DNA of 64,000 nt from Leptogorgia sarmentosa (Eukaryota). This document shows, one piece after another, positions 24,231 through 36,449 of this stretch (position 1 is its first letter; each line of letters begins with the position of its first letter). The stretch spans positions 8,060,001-8,124,000 of the forward strand of contig OZ210885.1 of the NCBI GenBank assembly GCA_964658305.1, given 5' to 3'. The position numbers and the translations under genes are program-made. The notes below the pieces were generated by a model. It ran no database searches. It was not told the DNA's origin and was given only the letters and a program-made list of their open reading frames with translations.

Positions 24231-27200
24231 TCCTTCCTTCTCTGCCTATATACTTGTAAATGTATGTGTCCCTAGGAATGGTTAAGTAAAACATAACGCA
24301 ACGGGTAAACTAACTCAATTCGTACTCCTGCAAATACGGTGGTGGGTGTCTTTGACGCTGGGGTCGGGTAGGTAAACTAAGAGTTGGTGGGCTGGCTTGT
24401 AGAACTTCGGGTACTTCTGGAGGGGATGGGGAGGTAGGTGCGGATGGTGGAGGTGGTATAGGATCATCCTCGTCGCTGTCGGCTTCCCGGGAACTTGTGT
24501 GTGCTGTCTCTTTCACTTCACTCGGGACTTTATAACATTCGTCGACGCGAACCTTGTAGGACGACGCTCGCAGTTGTGTGGTGGTAAATTTTTTTACAAA
24601 ACACCATGGGTGCTCGACTGACACCACCAAGTATCGGCTGCGGCTCTTAGTTTTATCTCTGTCGGTGGATAGGTAAACCAAGTCACCAACGGTGATGCTC
24701 TGCGCCGATGGAACGGCGATACTTTTCCTTGAATTCTTGGACCGTTCGCTATGTGGATGATTGTCGAGGCGTTGTTTATGCTGCGCGGCGACGATGTCCA
24801 GGTCGTTGATCGGGAGTTGAGCGTTTGAGAACTGATCTGTGAGTCCACATTTCGTGAGCGGAAATACCACGCCGGCGCAAACGGGAGTTTAATCTGGATA
24901 TGGCGAGGCTTAATTCCACTGGTGTAACGGAGCTTCCGTCTGGCGCGTGGCGACGAAGCTCTTCCTCAACTTCAGCTACGGCCTTTTCCGCGACGGGGTT
25001 TTTGTTGACGTTTTTCACCCTACCGATTTCCAAAGACATCCCCAGTCGCTGAATTGTGGGGTCGTTTTGTAATGCGATGAACCCGGGAGCTGGGTCCACT
25101 CGTACAACAGCGGGTGGTCCGTCGGGAGAGTGGAGGCGAACAAATAACGTGGTTAAACTGTTGCGGAGGGTGATACTTTTTTCATCTGGGATGATGGACG
25201 CCGAGGTAAACGACGTGGAGGTTTCCCGCAGTACGAGAATGATCTGCTTGCTTCTTCGGATGACATCTGCGGCGAAGGAAACGCCAACAACACCAGGTGG
25301 ATCGCTCGTGGTGTTGTGTAGTAAAGGTGCCGGAAGGTAACGAAGAGAAGCACACGTGTGACATGTGTCATAGACACGGTCTATGGCTTTCGTCATGCCC
25401 AGGGCGTGGAAATGGCGGTTCACGGCGAGGTGAAGTTGGTTCTTTGTGGGGTGGTCGAGCTTCAGGTGGAGAGCGGTTAGGAGACCATCAAGGGCACTAC
25501 GTGGGACGATTACTAACTCGATAGCCGGTGACAGAGGACTTGTGCGTTGAACAACGAGGAGGCCGTCTTTGGCAATGGATGCGACGTTAAGGTACTTCTT
25601 CACATCTTTAATGTTGGTGACTTTCTTTGAAGGACGCGTGCCCTGTTTGAGGTGTGCGTGGGTGCGACGGAGATCGGAACACGCTGATTGTATTTCTCTC
25701 CAGGCAGACCTGGTGGTAAATGGAAGGTGGACCAAGTTGCGGATGTCTTGGACCGAAGCATCACGAACGACGGACTCTTCGGTGAGTGTAATGAAGGTAC
25801 AGACCTGGCAACGGGGCTCAGTGCACTCGACGGCGTTGCGGCTAGAGAAATCGGAGGGGACATTGGCAGATCGCGGACGCCATATCTGCTCACAATGGAC
25901 ACAAAGGAAGTCACCCGAGGACTGGCAGAGAACTCCCCACGACATAGTTTGTCGACGGCCTGCACGCACGGTTTGCTGTCCGTTAATAAGCAGGCTGGTT
26001 GCGATGACTGTATGATATATGGGCTGAAATGCTTTACTGAACTGGCGATGCTCAGGGCCTCGATTTCGCATGGCAACCACGTGACTTGGTGCTTTCGCGC
26101 CGAGGCCGCCCTTTGTGACTGATCCGTCGGTTTCAATCCATAACTGATCGGACGGACGTGGAAGTGTGATGGACCGGTGCTCAGCGAGGGCTTTTTGAGC
26201 CGTGTGGAAGCTCTCGAGTAACGTTTCGGACCACTGCACCGAATCGCGGGATTCCCGGCCAGAAATAGCTTCGTCAAGAGGTGCTATGAGTTGGGAACAC
26301 TTAGGGAGGACCCGGCTGAGGGCTTTATAAGCACCAATAAATGATCGTAATCCTCGAACGGTGTCGGGTGGTGGACACGTAGGGAGTGTGGCAATGCGGT
26401 GTGTACTAGCGGACAAACGGCCTTGTGTCCAAACCCATCCTAGGATAGTGGTGGATCGGGGGCAGATGGTTGTTTTCGAAGGCGAGAGGTGAAGGTTGCA
26501 CTTTTCTAGGGCCGAGAGGATACGTTGCCAGTTGTGCAAGAGATCTTCGGGTGTTTCTCCGCCACAATACAAGTCCTCAGCCAGCTTCGCGGCTATCCCA
26601 TCTTGTACACAATCGCCAAGAATGCGGCACATAAGCTCTTCGAGGGCGGTTTCTGAACCACGTGTATAGGCACGAATGCCGCGGAAAGGTGTTGCGACTC
26701 CACAGTACTTGATGGAATCTTTGGCAAGGGGTATCTGGTAGAATGCACTTGTTAAGTCAGTCACGATCAGGTACTTCCACTGGGCGATCGTGCGTAGGGT
26801 GGTATCCACGTCTGGCATAAGGGATGGTTGGGGTTTGCTGTACTTTGCGACGTCAGCAAATGCTGTGACCAGGCGATGACCTCCAGACGGTTTGGTGACC
26901 AGAAAGGATGGATTGAGATATTCAATGCTTACGCCAATGTCCTCTGGGCGGCGAAACACGCCCTGGTGCTCAAGCTCATCGAACTTATTTTGGAGTTCAA
27001 CAAGCTTGTTGCGGGAGTACTGCGGTAAGCGACCCTTGCGCTGAGGGGGTTGGACAGGCCCCATATTGACGGTGGCTTCGAAGGGACAAGCGGCTCCATT
27101 ATACCCGGTGAGAGAGGGATCAAACACTGAGTCAAATTTCTGGAGTACAAGCTGGAACTCTGCGCGTACGTTGGTAGGTAGGATGTGGTCTGGGTCTAGG

Positions 27201-27795
27201 TGGACGGTGGAAGAGTGGGCAGGTCCTGTTGTCAAGGGGGGTGGAGGGACAGGACAGGATGGTGGTGTGTCGGTGGGAGTCTTGTCGGTTGTTTGGGTGG
27301 GCAGGACCTGACAAAAATGCTCATGGCTAGAGATACGTTTGGGTTGGCTTGTGGTGTTAAGGATGCGCACTTTGCCCGCGACTGCTTCAATAATGTGGGG
27401 ATTGGGCCAGCCTTGGACGGACTTGGAACAATCAGGGCGCGGTTCAATTGCCAGGGTAGCATCAGGCTCAATGTGGGCAGGTAGCTCTAGCTCTAAGTAG
27501 TCACCTGGCCAAACAACGGTGGATGCAGGAGGGGCATGTAGGACGTGGCTCTGGGTGCGACGAACACGGTTGTGTGCTGTGTCCAGATCGTCAGCTCCAG
27601 AATACGTGAAGAGGGAGTCCTGGATGGATATTTGGTGTCGGGATGGTCTGACAGATACGTCGTTGATGGCCATGAATGGTGTTCCCGCGAGCATGTCAAC
27701 ATCAAGGGCAACGACAACGAGGATAAGAGATACGACTGGGCAAAAATTAGCTATTTGGCGAACCTACAACTACAGACCGGTATGCCGGTATGGCG
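24046..27795 (-). mobile_element. Gypsy/Ty3 LTR retrotransposon, gag deleted, pol degenerate
   Basis: pol: RT (DLTSAFYQIP; LAEDLY, catalytic DD degenerate), RNase H (TDGS, CEIEAL), integrase (H..HP..C..C, FAADV, NPVAEKA). Purine tract AGGCAGAGAAGGAAGGA precedes the 3' LTR; 29-bp 5' LTR remnant at 27767-27795. Confidence 0.9.
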
Positions 27796-27828
27796 AAGGA
27801 AGAAGACAACATTCGAAGCTTGAAACAT
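27796..27828 (-). pseudogene. Displaced 5' coding end of the TPT-pyruvyltransferase gene
   Basis: aaccATG-MFQASNVVFFL (or alternative ATG 27812, MLSSS) joins ALVLLWWIANG at 24044 once the Gypsy is removed; upstream ttttag acceptor. Confidence 0.6.
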
Positions 27829-27922
27829 GGTTAATCCAACGAGTTCTAAAATTGTAATGAAAGAAAATATGGATATTTTACCTAGCAGCGAATTTTCACC
27901 CAAATTACAACAATTCTTCATT

Positions 27923-30688
27923 TAAAGTTCAGATAGTAACGACCAAATTTAAGGCTTATAACATTTATTACAAAACATTAAATTACATTAAATTATTATT
28001 AAATTACATTAAACATTAAATTACTATTCGTAATCACCACAAAGATTTACATCTCCTGAGAAATCAAATCTTCAAGAAGAAAGCTGAAATATCGAAACTG
28101 GATTCCCAAGTTAAAAGAATAATTGATGATCATTTAACCAAATGCCTTGAGCGGTTAAAGCAAAGGACGAAGTCAAATCTTATACGTAAATTTCAAGTTT
28201 TCTTGTGTGATAATCTTCATGAACAGTCCACAATTGCAACGCAAAGTATCTCTCCCATTGCCATTAACGAAACAGAGAAAACACTACCTAGAGTTACATT
28301 ATTAGCTCCACCTACGGATCTTCCTGATGGCACAGCGGAATTACTTGATTTAGGACCGAAGTTTGTTCCATCGATGAAAACCATAAACAAACAAACCGAG
28401 TTAAACATTAACGTACAATTAGCTAAACTCGCGTATCGATTGCGCTGGAAAGAGATACATGATCAAAAGTCAAGCGAACAACAATCACCTACACCTGCAC
28501 CTACAACAAATCCCCAACCTAAGTGTATAGAACAAACCATTGAACACTGTCCTTTTGACAAATACTGCCAAACTCCCGAGACCAAGTTTCAACACCTTGA
28601 ATTATCCTTACAACACCTTAAACATGAAATTTCGAAAGTCATAAATAAGTATAAATCAAAACCCATTCCCACTAACCTTACATGCAACCAAAAGAAAACC
28701 CTGTCAGAATTGATAAAGCTTAAAACGTCTCGTGAAGTCCGAATATCCGTGAGTGACAAAGGTGGTGAGTTCGTGGTGATGAAGAGCAACCTTGATGACG
28801 AACTAGTAAGCAAACACCTAGAAAATGGATCCATCTACCAACCATGTGATGATCTGACTCGGAAAGCAGAGAAAGATATTAATGAAGTATGGGAATACGT
28901 GGCAAAGAAGAATTGGGTGAATGAAAGGCACATCAATCGACTAAAGTCAACCCACAGCATATGTCCCGTCCTGTATCTACTAACCAAAACCCACAAATTT
29001 CCTGACAAGGTCCCTACATCCGATCCACAAAGTATCAAGGTCAGACCAATTATCTCTGGTTGTGGTGGTCCTGCTGATAAAATACCATGGCTTGTTCAAA
29101 AGATATGCACACCTCTCCTACAGTTTGTGAAAGCCCATCTTAAAAACACCGGACAACTAATACAAATTCTACATAAGATGCAGAATGGAGAACTGAAGAA
29201 CAAGTTCATTTTCAGTTTAGATGTAGTTTCCCTATATCCCAGTGTAAACACCGATGCCGCTATCGACACCCTTCGTATGTACTTGGAGAAAGAAAAGAAA
29301 AACATCGAACTGTTTCAATTCTCTATCCCCGACATAGTGCTCCTGACCAAAACCATTTTCCAAAGCAACTGTTTCTCCTGGAGAGGAACATATTTCCAAC
29401 AACAACGTGGCTTAGCAATGGGAAACCGGTTAGCACCAATACTGGCTATATTATATATGGATAGAATTGAAAATCAAGCCATCTACTCCGATCAGTCCAT
29501 TTCATTCTATTACCGCTACATTGATGTGCTCAACTCCCAAGACCCCTCCATCCAATTTGAAATTGAATTACCCAACGAAGACGGCTTCCTCCCATTCCTA
29601 AACACCAAAATAAAAGTGAACGACTCGGGGACAGTTGAAACAGGATGGTACACTAAACCAGCCAACAAAGGTTTGATGTTAAATGCAAAATCCCACCACC
29701 CAGAACAAATAAAGAGAGCGACCATTGTCAACAACATAACAACGTACGAAGCCTTATGTTCTAACGACGCCTTGCTCAAAGAAGCTGAACTTTCATTTGA
29801 AGAACGAGCGATACGAAATGGTTACACCAGAGAATATATCCAAACATTAAAAAGAAAGAAAGCAACGACGAAAGCAAGACGCAAAGATGAATCAAAAACA
29901 ACACTCACCATCCCATTCATATCAAGAAGCTTCACCAATGACATCAGAAGAGCTGTGGAACGTTCAAATCTTAACGTTCGAATTGTTCAACAACCGCAAG
30001 CCTCCCTAAAGAATCTCCTTGTAGAATCGCGACCTTATCACAAGACCTGTAAGGATGTCAAAAAGTGGCTAGTCTGTCGAACCTCATCCGTCCCCGTACA
30101 GTGCTCACAGAAAGACACAGTTTATCAGGTGACGTGTAACCTTTGTGGGGCAATCTATATTGGTGAAACAAGTAGGCCCCTTGTAACCCGATTCCAAGAA
30201 CATTATCGCTCGGCATCAAACCCTACAGCCAAATCATACCGAAGCATGGCATTCTCGAAGCACTATAACGATCAGCACCCAAGAGTAAAGCCGAATCTTC
30301 CAGTTATAGTTTTAAAGAAAACCAAAGGATCCTTACAGCGAAAAATTACTGAAGCGCTTTTCATCCAAAAACTAAAGCCAGATTTGAATGGCAAATACGA
30401 ACAATTAGGTATTTTAGATTTCGTCGTTTAGATACGAATTATATATCAAATAATAGTTCGTAGTTCTATTAGAATCTCAGACACGTCATATCTAACATTC
30501 TTCTTTACGCCATATCTCGAACATTCCTTTATATGCTTGCGAATTTGCGCGCGCGACAATATAACGGTCGCAATTAATATTCGTAGTTTTTAAATTGTGT
30601 AAAAACCTGATGATGGAGTAAACTCCGAAACGTCGTTTTGTAATAAATGTTATAAGCCTTAAATTTGGTCGTTACTATCTGAACTTTA
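27923..30688 (+). mobile_element. Penelope-like element (RT + GIY-YIG) with an inverted 5' partial pLTR
   Basis: ORF 28203-30431: SDKGG, RPIIS, SLDVVSLYPSV, GLAMG, RYID (deletion after it), VYQVTC..C...YIGET.R.L..RF.EH; 54-bp inverted repeat 27923-27976 / 30635-30688. Confidence 0.92.
30602..30639 (+). ncRNA. Minimal type I hammerhead ribozyme in the Penelope pLTR
   Basis: AAAAC-CTGATGA-T-GGAG-TAAA-CTCC-GAAA-C-GTC-GTTTT: conserved core, stem II and stem I; predicted cleavage after C30634. Confidence 0.85.
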
Positions 30689-31003
30689 CATTGTTAATTA
30701 AATGAGGCTGAAGGAAAGTTCGTTCTTAAATATATTGAAGAAAATTTTATTAATGCAATCAGAAGTTGAGGTATATTGAAATAACAGTACATATTTACCA
30801 TACCAACACACAGAAATAAATTATTTACATTATAGCACCCGGATTTAAACGATGATTAAGAACAATGGCAGGTTTTGTGCATTATACAGTCAAAAGCACA
30901 ATGAATGTCATGGACGCGTCCAGTCCAGCTTTAGACAGCGACTGCGATTCTGGCAAAACACTTTTGATATACTTAGTTGGTATGTCACTGGCACTGAATG
31001 TTA

Positions 31004-31308
31004 CTCAAACGAAATGCACAGTGTATTTGTGACATACTTATAATCAGGGAATGTCATGGATGCATCTACGCCAACCAAGATCTTGATAGTCGCTCAAAAG
31101 AAATGCACAGTGTATTTGTGACATACTTATAATCTGGGAATGTCATGGATGCATCTACGCCAACCAAGATCTTGACAGTCGCTCAAACGAAATGTACAGT
31201 GTATTTGTGACATACTTATAATCAGGGAATGTCATGGATGCATCTTCGCCAACCAAGATCTTGATAGTCGCTCAAACGAAATGCACAGTGTATTTGTGAC
31301 ATACTTAC
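31004..31308. repeat. 89-bp minisatellite, ~3.4 copies
   Basis: CTCAAACGAAATGCACAGTG starts at 31004, 31093, 31182 and 31271. Confidence 0.9.
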
Positions 31309-31579
31309 TAGATAGTGACATCGATGCATCCATGGCAACTGTACACAGTCTGCCAAATTAAATATACACTTACGTCCCGGTTATTATACCTAGTGAATGT
31401 CACGGGTGCATCCATTGGCAATACTGTATACAATATGTCCAAAACACAAGTCACTAGGAAATATGGGACAATATCAGCAACCCAATTATAACATGCATGC
31501 TGATCACTTTCAAATGTTTATTGCGAAATCAATGAGTAATGTTAAGTCAGCCTTGAAATCAGACATCACGAGAGAGATT

Positions 31580-33170
31580 ACCCTTGGTAAATCAAGAAAC
31601 ACCACTTCAGCCCCTTTGAATCCTGGTATATTTTCATCAAGGAGAGATGGACATAGTTCAGACAATCCGTCGTTAACACTGTGGCAGCCTCTTGAAAGGT
31701 AGTCTCTGTAGATGTCATAGCTCGCTGAACGTAGGACTTGAAGCGTTCAGAGCACTTTCCACGAACTACATCGCCTCTAAAACCTTGGATGCTCTCCTCA
31801 CTGGTAAATTTCGGATAACTATAACAAACAAAAGGAGCAATTATTGAAGGATATCAGTCAAGCCAAGTACTCGATTGATAACTCTTACCGAGGGTCTGAT
31901 CAATTTCCATGTCACAAGAATTAATATCACTAACTATCAGCACACAGTACCTTTCTTGTGCATCTTGCCAGGATGTGCATTTGGAATGCTTGACAAAGAA
32001 GCATTGTAATGCACGCATCTCCTTTATCCCAATTAGGTCTGATTCCATGTCTGCCAAAGACTTCTCTCATGAATTCACTTGACCCAATTGATGTCAAGTA
32101 ACTCTTCCCCAGTCACATCCCCTCTCATGCATTTTATTTTTGCATACGGAAAATCAGCTTGGGATTTGATATTTTGCAATACCTTCTTTTTGGCTCTTTG
32201 CCTTTTCAATTCCATCTTCCGATATTTCATGGCAATTTCCACTAATGTGTGGAAAACTTTCTCACCGACATCAGCACACACAAACAGAATATTTGCAAGT
32301 GTAGACTCCTATCAAATAAATACCAATATAAATATTGCACCCCTATTTTATCACACTATAGCAATAAAAATGCCAGTTTATACTATAACTTTCACTCTCA
32401 AGGTATTATTATTCCAGAAAAACTTACTGATTCACCAATAATGGCAGAACACATACTCCTCCATTCAGGGCACTTTTCTTTATTAAATTGCTCCACCAAT
32501 AGTTTTCGGCACAGTAACATCTAGAGTAAAATAATGTTGTATTTTGCAATTGGTTGCAATATGGAGATTATGATTTATGTTATAAACAAGAGGATGTCTT
32601 TTTAAAACTTCATTACACTGTTGATTCTTTTCCGGCAAGATCAAACAAACATTACGTATACAGGTTATGGTACACCTCTTCAACTTATTATACATAATGG
32701 TACCTTATCAGCTGTGTTGAGGTTGTGGTGCAAGGCATCTACCCTGTTATGCAACTGTGCCAATCGTAATGCATCTTTAGAAGGCATTTCTGGAAAGAAA
32801 AGGGAAGCATACATTGCTTGTGATTAAAAATTCCTAAACACCCCAATTCATCCCAAAGCAACTGACAAACCTGTATATAACTGCACCATTGCGTACATTA
32901 TGGGTGCTCTTTAAGTTGTCCTTCTTTGTTTAGTTGCAACAATGCCTCACGGCGGTGGTTTCTACCCATCACTTCTTGCGATAATCCATCAATTTTGGAT
33001 TCGTCAAAATCTTCCTTGGTGATGGCATTCTTTACAATTGCAATCAACGGTTTTGCAAATGTTGTAGGCCTTTCTAAGATTTCACTTTTCAATACAGAGA
33101 CAAACGTTTGATCAATGTCTCTCACTCTATCCTCTCTCAATACCTTATAGGGTTCTGCAAGAAACGTCAA
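31580..33170 (-). pseudogene. Multi-exon gene with a ParB/Srx-like N-terminal domain, decayed
   Basis: RVRDID..FV..LK.EI...P....PLIAIV...EVMGRNHRREAL (ParB GNHR-type motif); later exons DALRLAQLHN, CTSWQDAQER|YPKFTSEE; stops and frameshifts. Confidence 0.55.
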
Positions 33171-34214
33171 AACAAATTTGATATTTGCTGCAAAGCAAGT
33201 GTTATAAAACTATTTTAGGCAAAAGTAAAACTTGGAAAATTACTATAGAGAATGGCCAGCCAACTGTGATTGGCTGGTCAAACGTAATGCTGACAATGCT
33301 AACGTTAACAACACTCAATCAGGTCATGGCTAGAAATGGCGTTGGAATGCACGCATACGTTCTCGCAAAGATAGAGAAGGCAGGAGAAACGAGAATGGAT
33401 TGAAATACAGGACAAGCGTATGTGTTGTTTGCATATAAAATTTTGCGTATTTTTATGAATTGCTGGTTTAGCGCCGCATTAAGTCTGTTAACAGCTTAAT
33501 TTAAGAAAGTTTACGTTTTGTAAATGTAAGACTGCCTTCTTATTATTTCAAAATACCAACGAACTTTAGATTTTTCTGTTAAATCAAAATAGACTTTCTG
33601 AAGGTTAAAACGTTTCATTGGCCAAAACAGCTTCAAAAATCTCTTTTGTATGTCTGTTTTAATGGAAAAAATTGAAATATATATCGGAAACTTGCAGTTT
33701 ATCTTAAGTTAAAAATTAAAGTTTTAAAAAATGCGATCGCCAGTTGATTAAATTTCCCTTCTATATTTTTGGAAATACTTTTTAGTACGAACATTTTCGG
33801 GGAAATATTTTGGTGTCGTAAACGGTATATTTTAACCATGTTTCTATCACCTACCTTTTATGATTGTCATGTGGAATAAAAAAGCAGCAATTTTATATAT
33901 TTTTTCATTTCGCTTTGGCTGTTTGCCAGCAACAGTAACAAAAATAATGTAAACAAACAACTGATGTCAAATGAATTCGATTATAGCATTGCACGGCAAA
34001 TGAATTTTTGTTGATCTCTTTAAACCTATTGATTTTTTCTGAATTACTTTGGACTTGTACAGCATTCTTTGGGCGAAGCATAAGTTTTTTTTTATTTTAC
34101 GGGATTTCTAGCGGATTTTTTGGCATTAGATGCACTAAGTGCACTGGATTTTTGAAATGAAATGAATTGATTGGTGAATTGACTCTCGGTTCAACTGGCT
34201 TTACTACAGATGCC

Positions 34215-34746
34215 GGCTACTAAAGGACTCCTGATTTTACAGATTCCTGGTTTTGATTCCTAAATTTACAGATTCCTGATTTTATAGAATACTGATTTTA
34301 CAGATTCCTGATTTTACAGATTCCTGGTTTTATAGATTTCTGGTTTTACAGATTCCTGGTTTAATAGATTTCTGGTTTTACAAATTCCTGTTTTAACAGA
34401 TTCCTGATTTAACAGATTCCTGATTTTATAGATTTCTGGTTTTACCGATTCCTGGTTTACCGATTCCTGAGTTTAAAGATTCCTGATTTTATAGATTTCT
34501 GATTTTACAGATTCCTGGTTTTATAGATTCCTGTTTTTTTAGGTTCTAGATTTTACTGATTCCTAGTTTTACAAATTCCTGGTTTTACAGATTCCTGGCT
34601 TCAGAGATTCCTTGTTTTAAGATTCCGTCTTTTACAGGCTCCGGCTTTTACAGGTCCTGGTTTTACAGGTTCCGGCTTTTACAGATTCATGTATTCCCTT
34701 TACGATCCCCTTTCCCGGTTCCCTGTTCCTTGTTTCACACATAGCC
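34215..34746. repeat. GGCTA..TAGCC-ended element filled with a 16-bp tandem array
   Basis: Unit (A/G)TTTTACAGATTCCTG repeated over ~34230-34690. Confidence 0.8.
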
Positions 34747-35849
34747 TTTAGTTATTCTCTCTTGTTACAATGCTGGCGCAATCATGGTCACCAAATCAAC
34801 ATCTACTTTGAAATGAAAAAGCCCCACGGCCAAATTTCTCGTTGTAATAATATTATGTGTTGATTTCGTCAGATTCAATAATTACATCATTCATACTTTG
34901 ACATACTTTGACACAAAGCGACGAATGGTTATGTTTTCACACCTTAAACAATCACATTTTGACTTCTGGGCAGTAGACGTTCAAAATTATGGAAAGGTTC
35001 TGATTGGGATGAAACCGGAACTATATGTTGATTTAAGCTTATGAAAGTTATGAATTACTGCTTAAATGCACCATACCCAATGAATGCCCATTTACAGTGT
35101 GCGACGCGGAAAGTAGACCTTAAAGCCTAAAATTGCAAAGCGAATGACAAATCTTTGTCATTTACTATTACTCTTGCAAAATGGCAAACTCACCAAATAT
35201 ATAGAATCACAAATAATAGCTTATAAGACAATTAATGTTCGAATATTATAGATATTATACCGACATGGTCAGATGATCTCTCAGACTTGCAAGTCTAACT
35301 GTATATGTTAGCTTGAAGATTACCTTTTAAATCTCTTTCTTTATCTTTGTATCCCAAACCAAATGTAGCCCAATCTTTTCAATAATATCGATTATGTTAT
35401 ATATTGTTGAAAATACAAACGTTGTGCGATAATCCGCCGATTTTATATACTCTCTCTAATGAATCAGTAACAATTAATTATGTCGCTGGCACCGAACTAC
35501 GTGAAATAACAAAGTTGCTTTATTCATCAGTGTGATTGATATCAAAGAGTTTTTATTAGTGAAGTGTTTTTATTCTGTGGAATATTTTAATTGTTTTCCT
35601 TTCGCCACTTCCTTTCGAACTGTGAAATCTGTAGACATATATTGCTGACGTTTTTGTTAATTTTGGCACATGTACATGCAAATTAAACTGGGCACTTTTA
35701 AACTAGAAAGATTGCCCTAGCTCCCTATTAAATATATTAAATGTACAAGTTAATCTGGTGCCCTGAAAATTGCAATCATTGCGTCGCAAAGACGTGTAAA
35801 AAGTAAGAATTTCCCGCTACAAAGCATGACTGTAGTGTATGATGTTTTT

Positions 35850-36200
35850 AGCTTTCTGCCTGTGTATTAATGTGTATTAAAATTATTATTGCTTCACTTG
35901 ATATTTTCCACAATAACTCTGGTTTGGTTCCTGCTGATTACAATTTTCTTTTCAACCTTATAATTCTATATAGAGCAGCTAGCCATGACTTTGTGATAGG
36001 TTTCTATTGAATGACAGTTGCAATTACTGCGAACGCTACGCCATACTTAACGTATGATCAGTTGAGTTGTTATTGCAGCTTTAGCAAACACATGATGGTC
36101 TGCTCTTTATGTCTGTATCCAACCTTTGTTGTATTAACTTTGGACAGGTCTCTGCAGTTTCACGTCCATTAAAAACTATAAATGAAGGAAAAAATTGTTA
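35850..36200 (+). pseudogene. Possible highly decayed rhodopsin-family GPCR fragment
   Basis: Broken frames give NFLFNL..LASHDFVIG (TM2-like) and TFVVLTLDR (TM3 DRY-like). Confidence 0.3.
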
Positions 36201-36449
36201 AAGTGGAACTTGCCAAATAAATCTTGTTGGTGCAAATGAGGCTAAACAACACGAATTTATGATGCTGTTCGCCAGAAGTGAATTTAAACTTATAGTGAAT
36301 TTATAATCCGAGATTAACAACAAAAGAGTGATTTCTATAAAGAAAACTTTTTGGGAACCGGCACCCTATCCAAGTCTGAGTCGATTTTAATTCGCACTCA
36401 TAATCAATGTCTGATGCATGGTAAATACATGCTGCTCCTTGCTCCCACG

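Noticed and set aside
31004..31308. CRISPR-like periodicity (also at 7222-7420 and 34230-34690)
   Set aside because: Units repeat in full with no unique spacers; no cas genes; eukaryotic context
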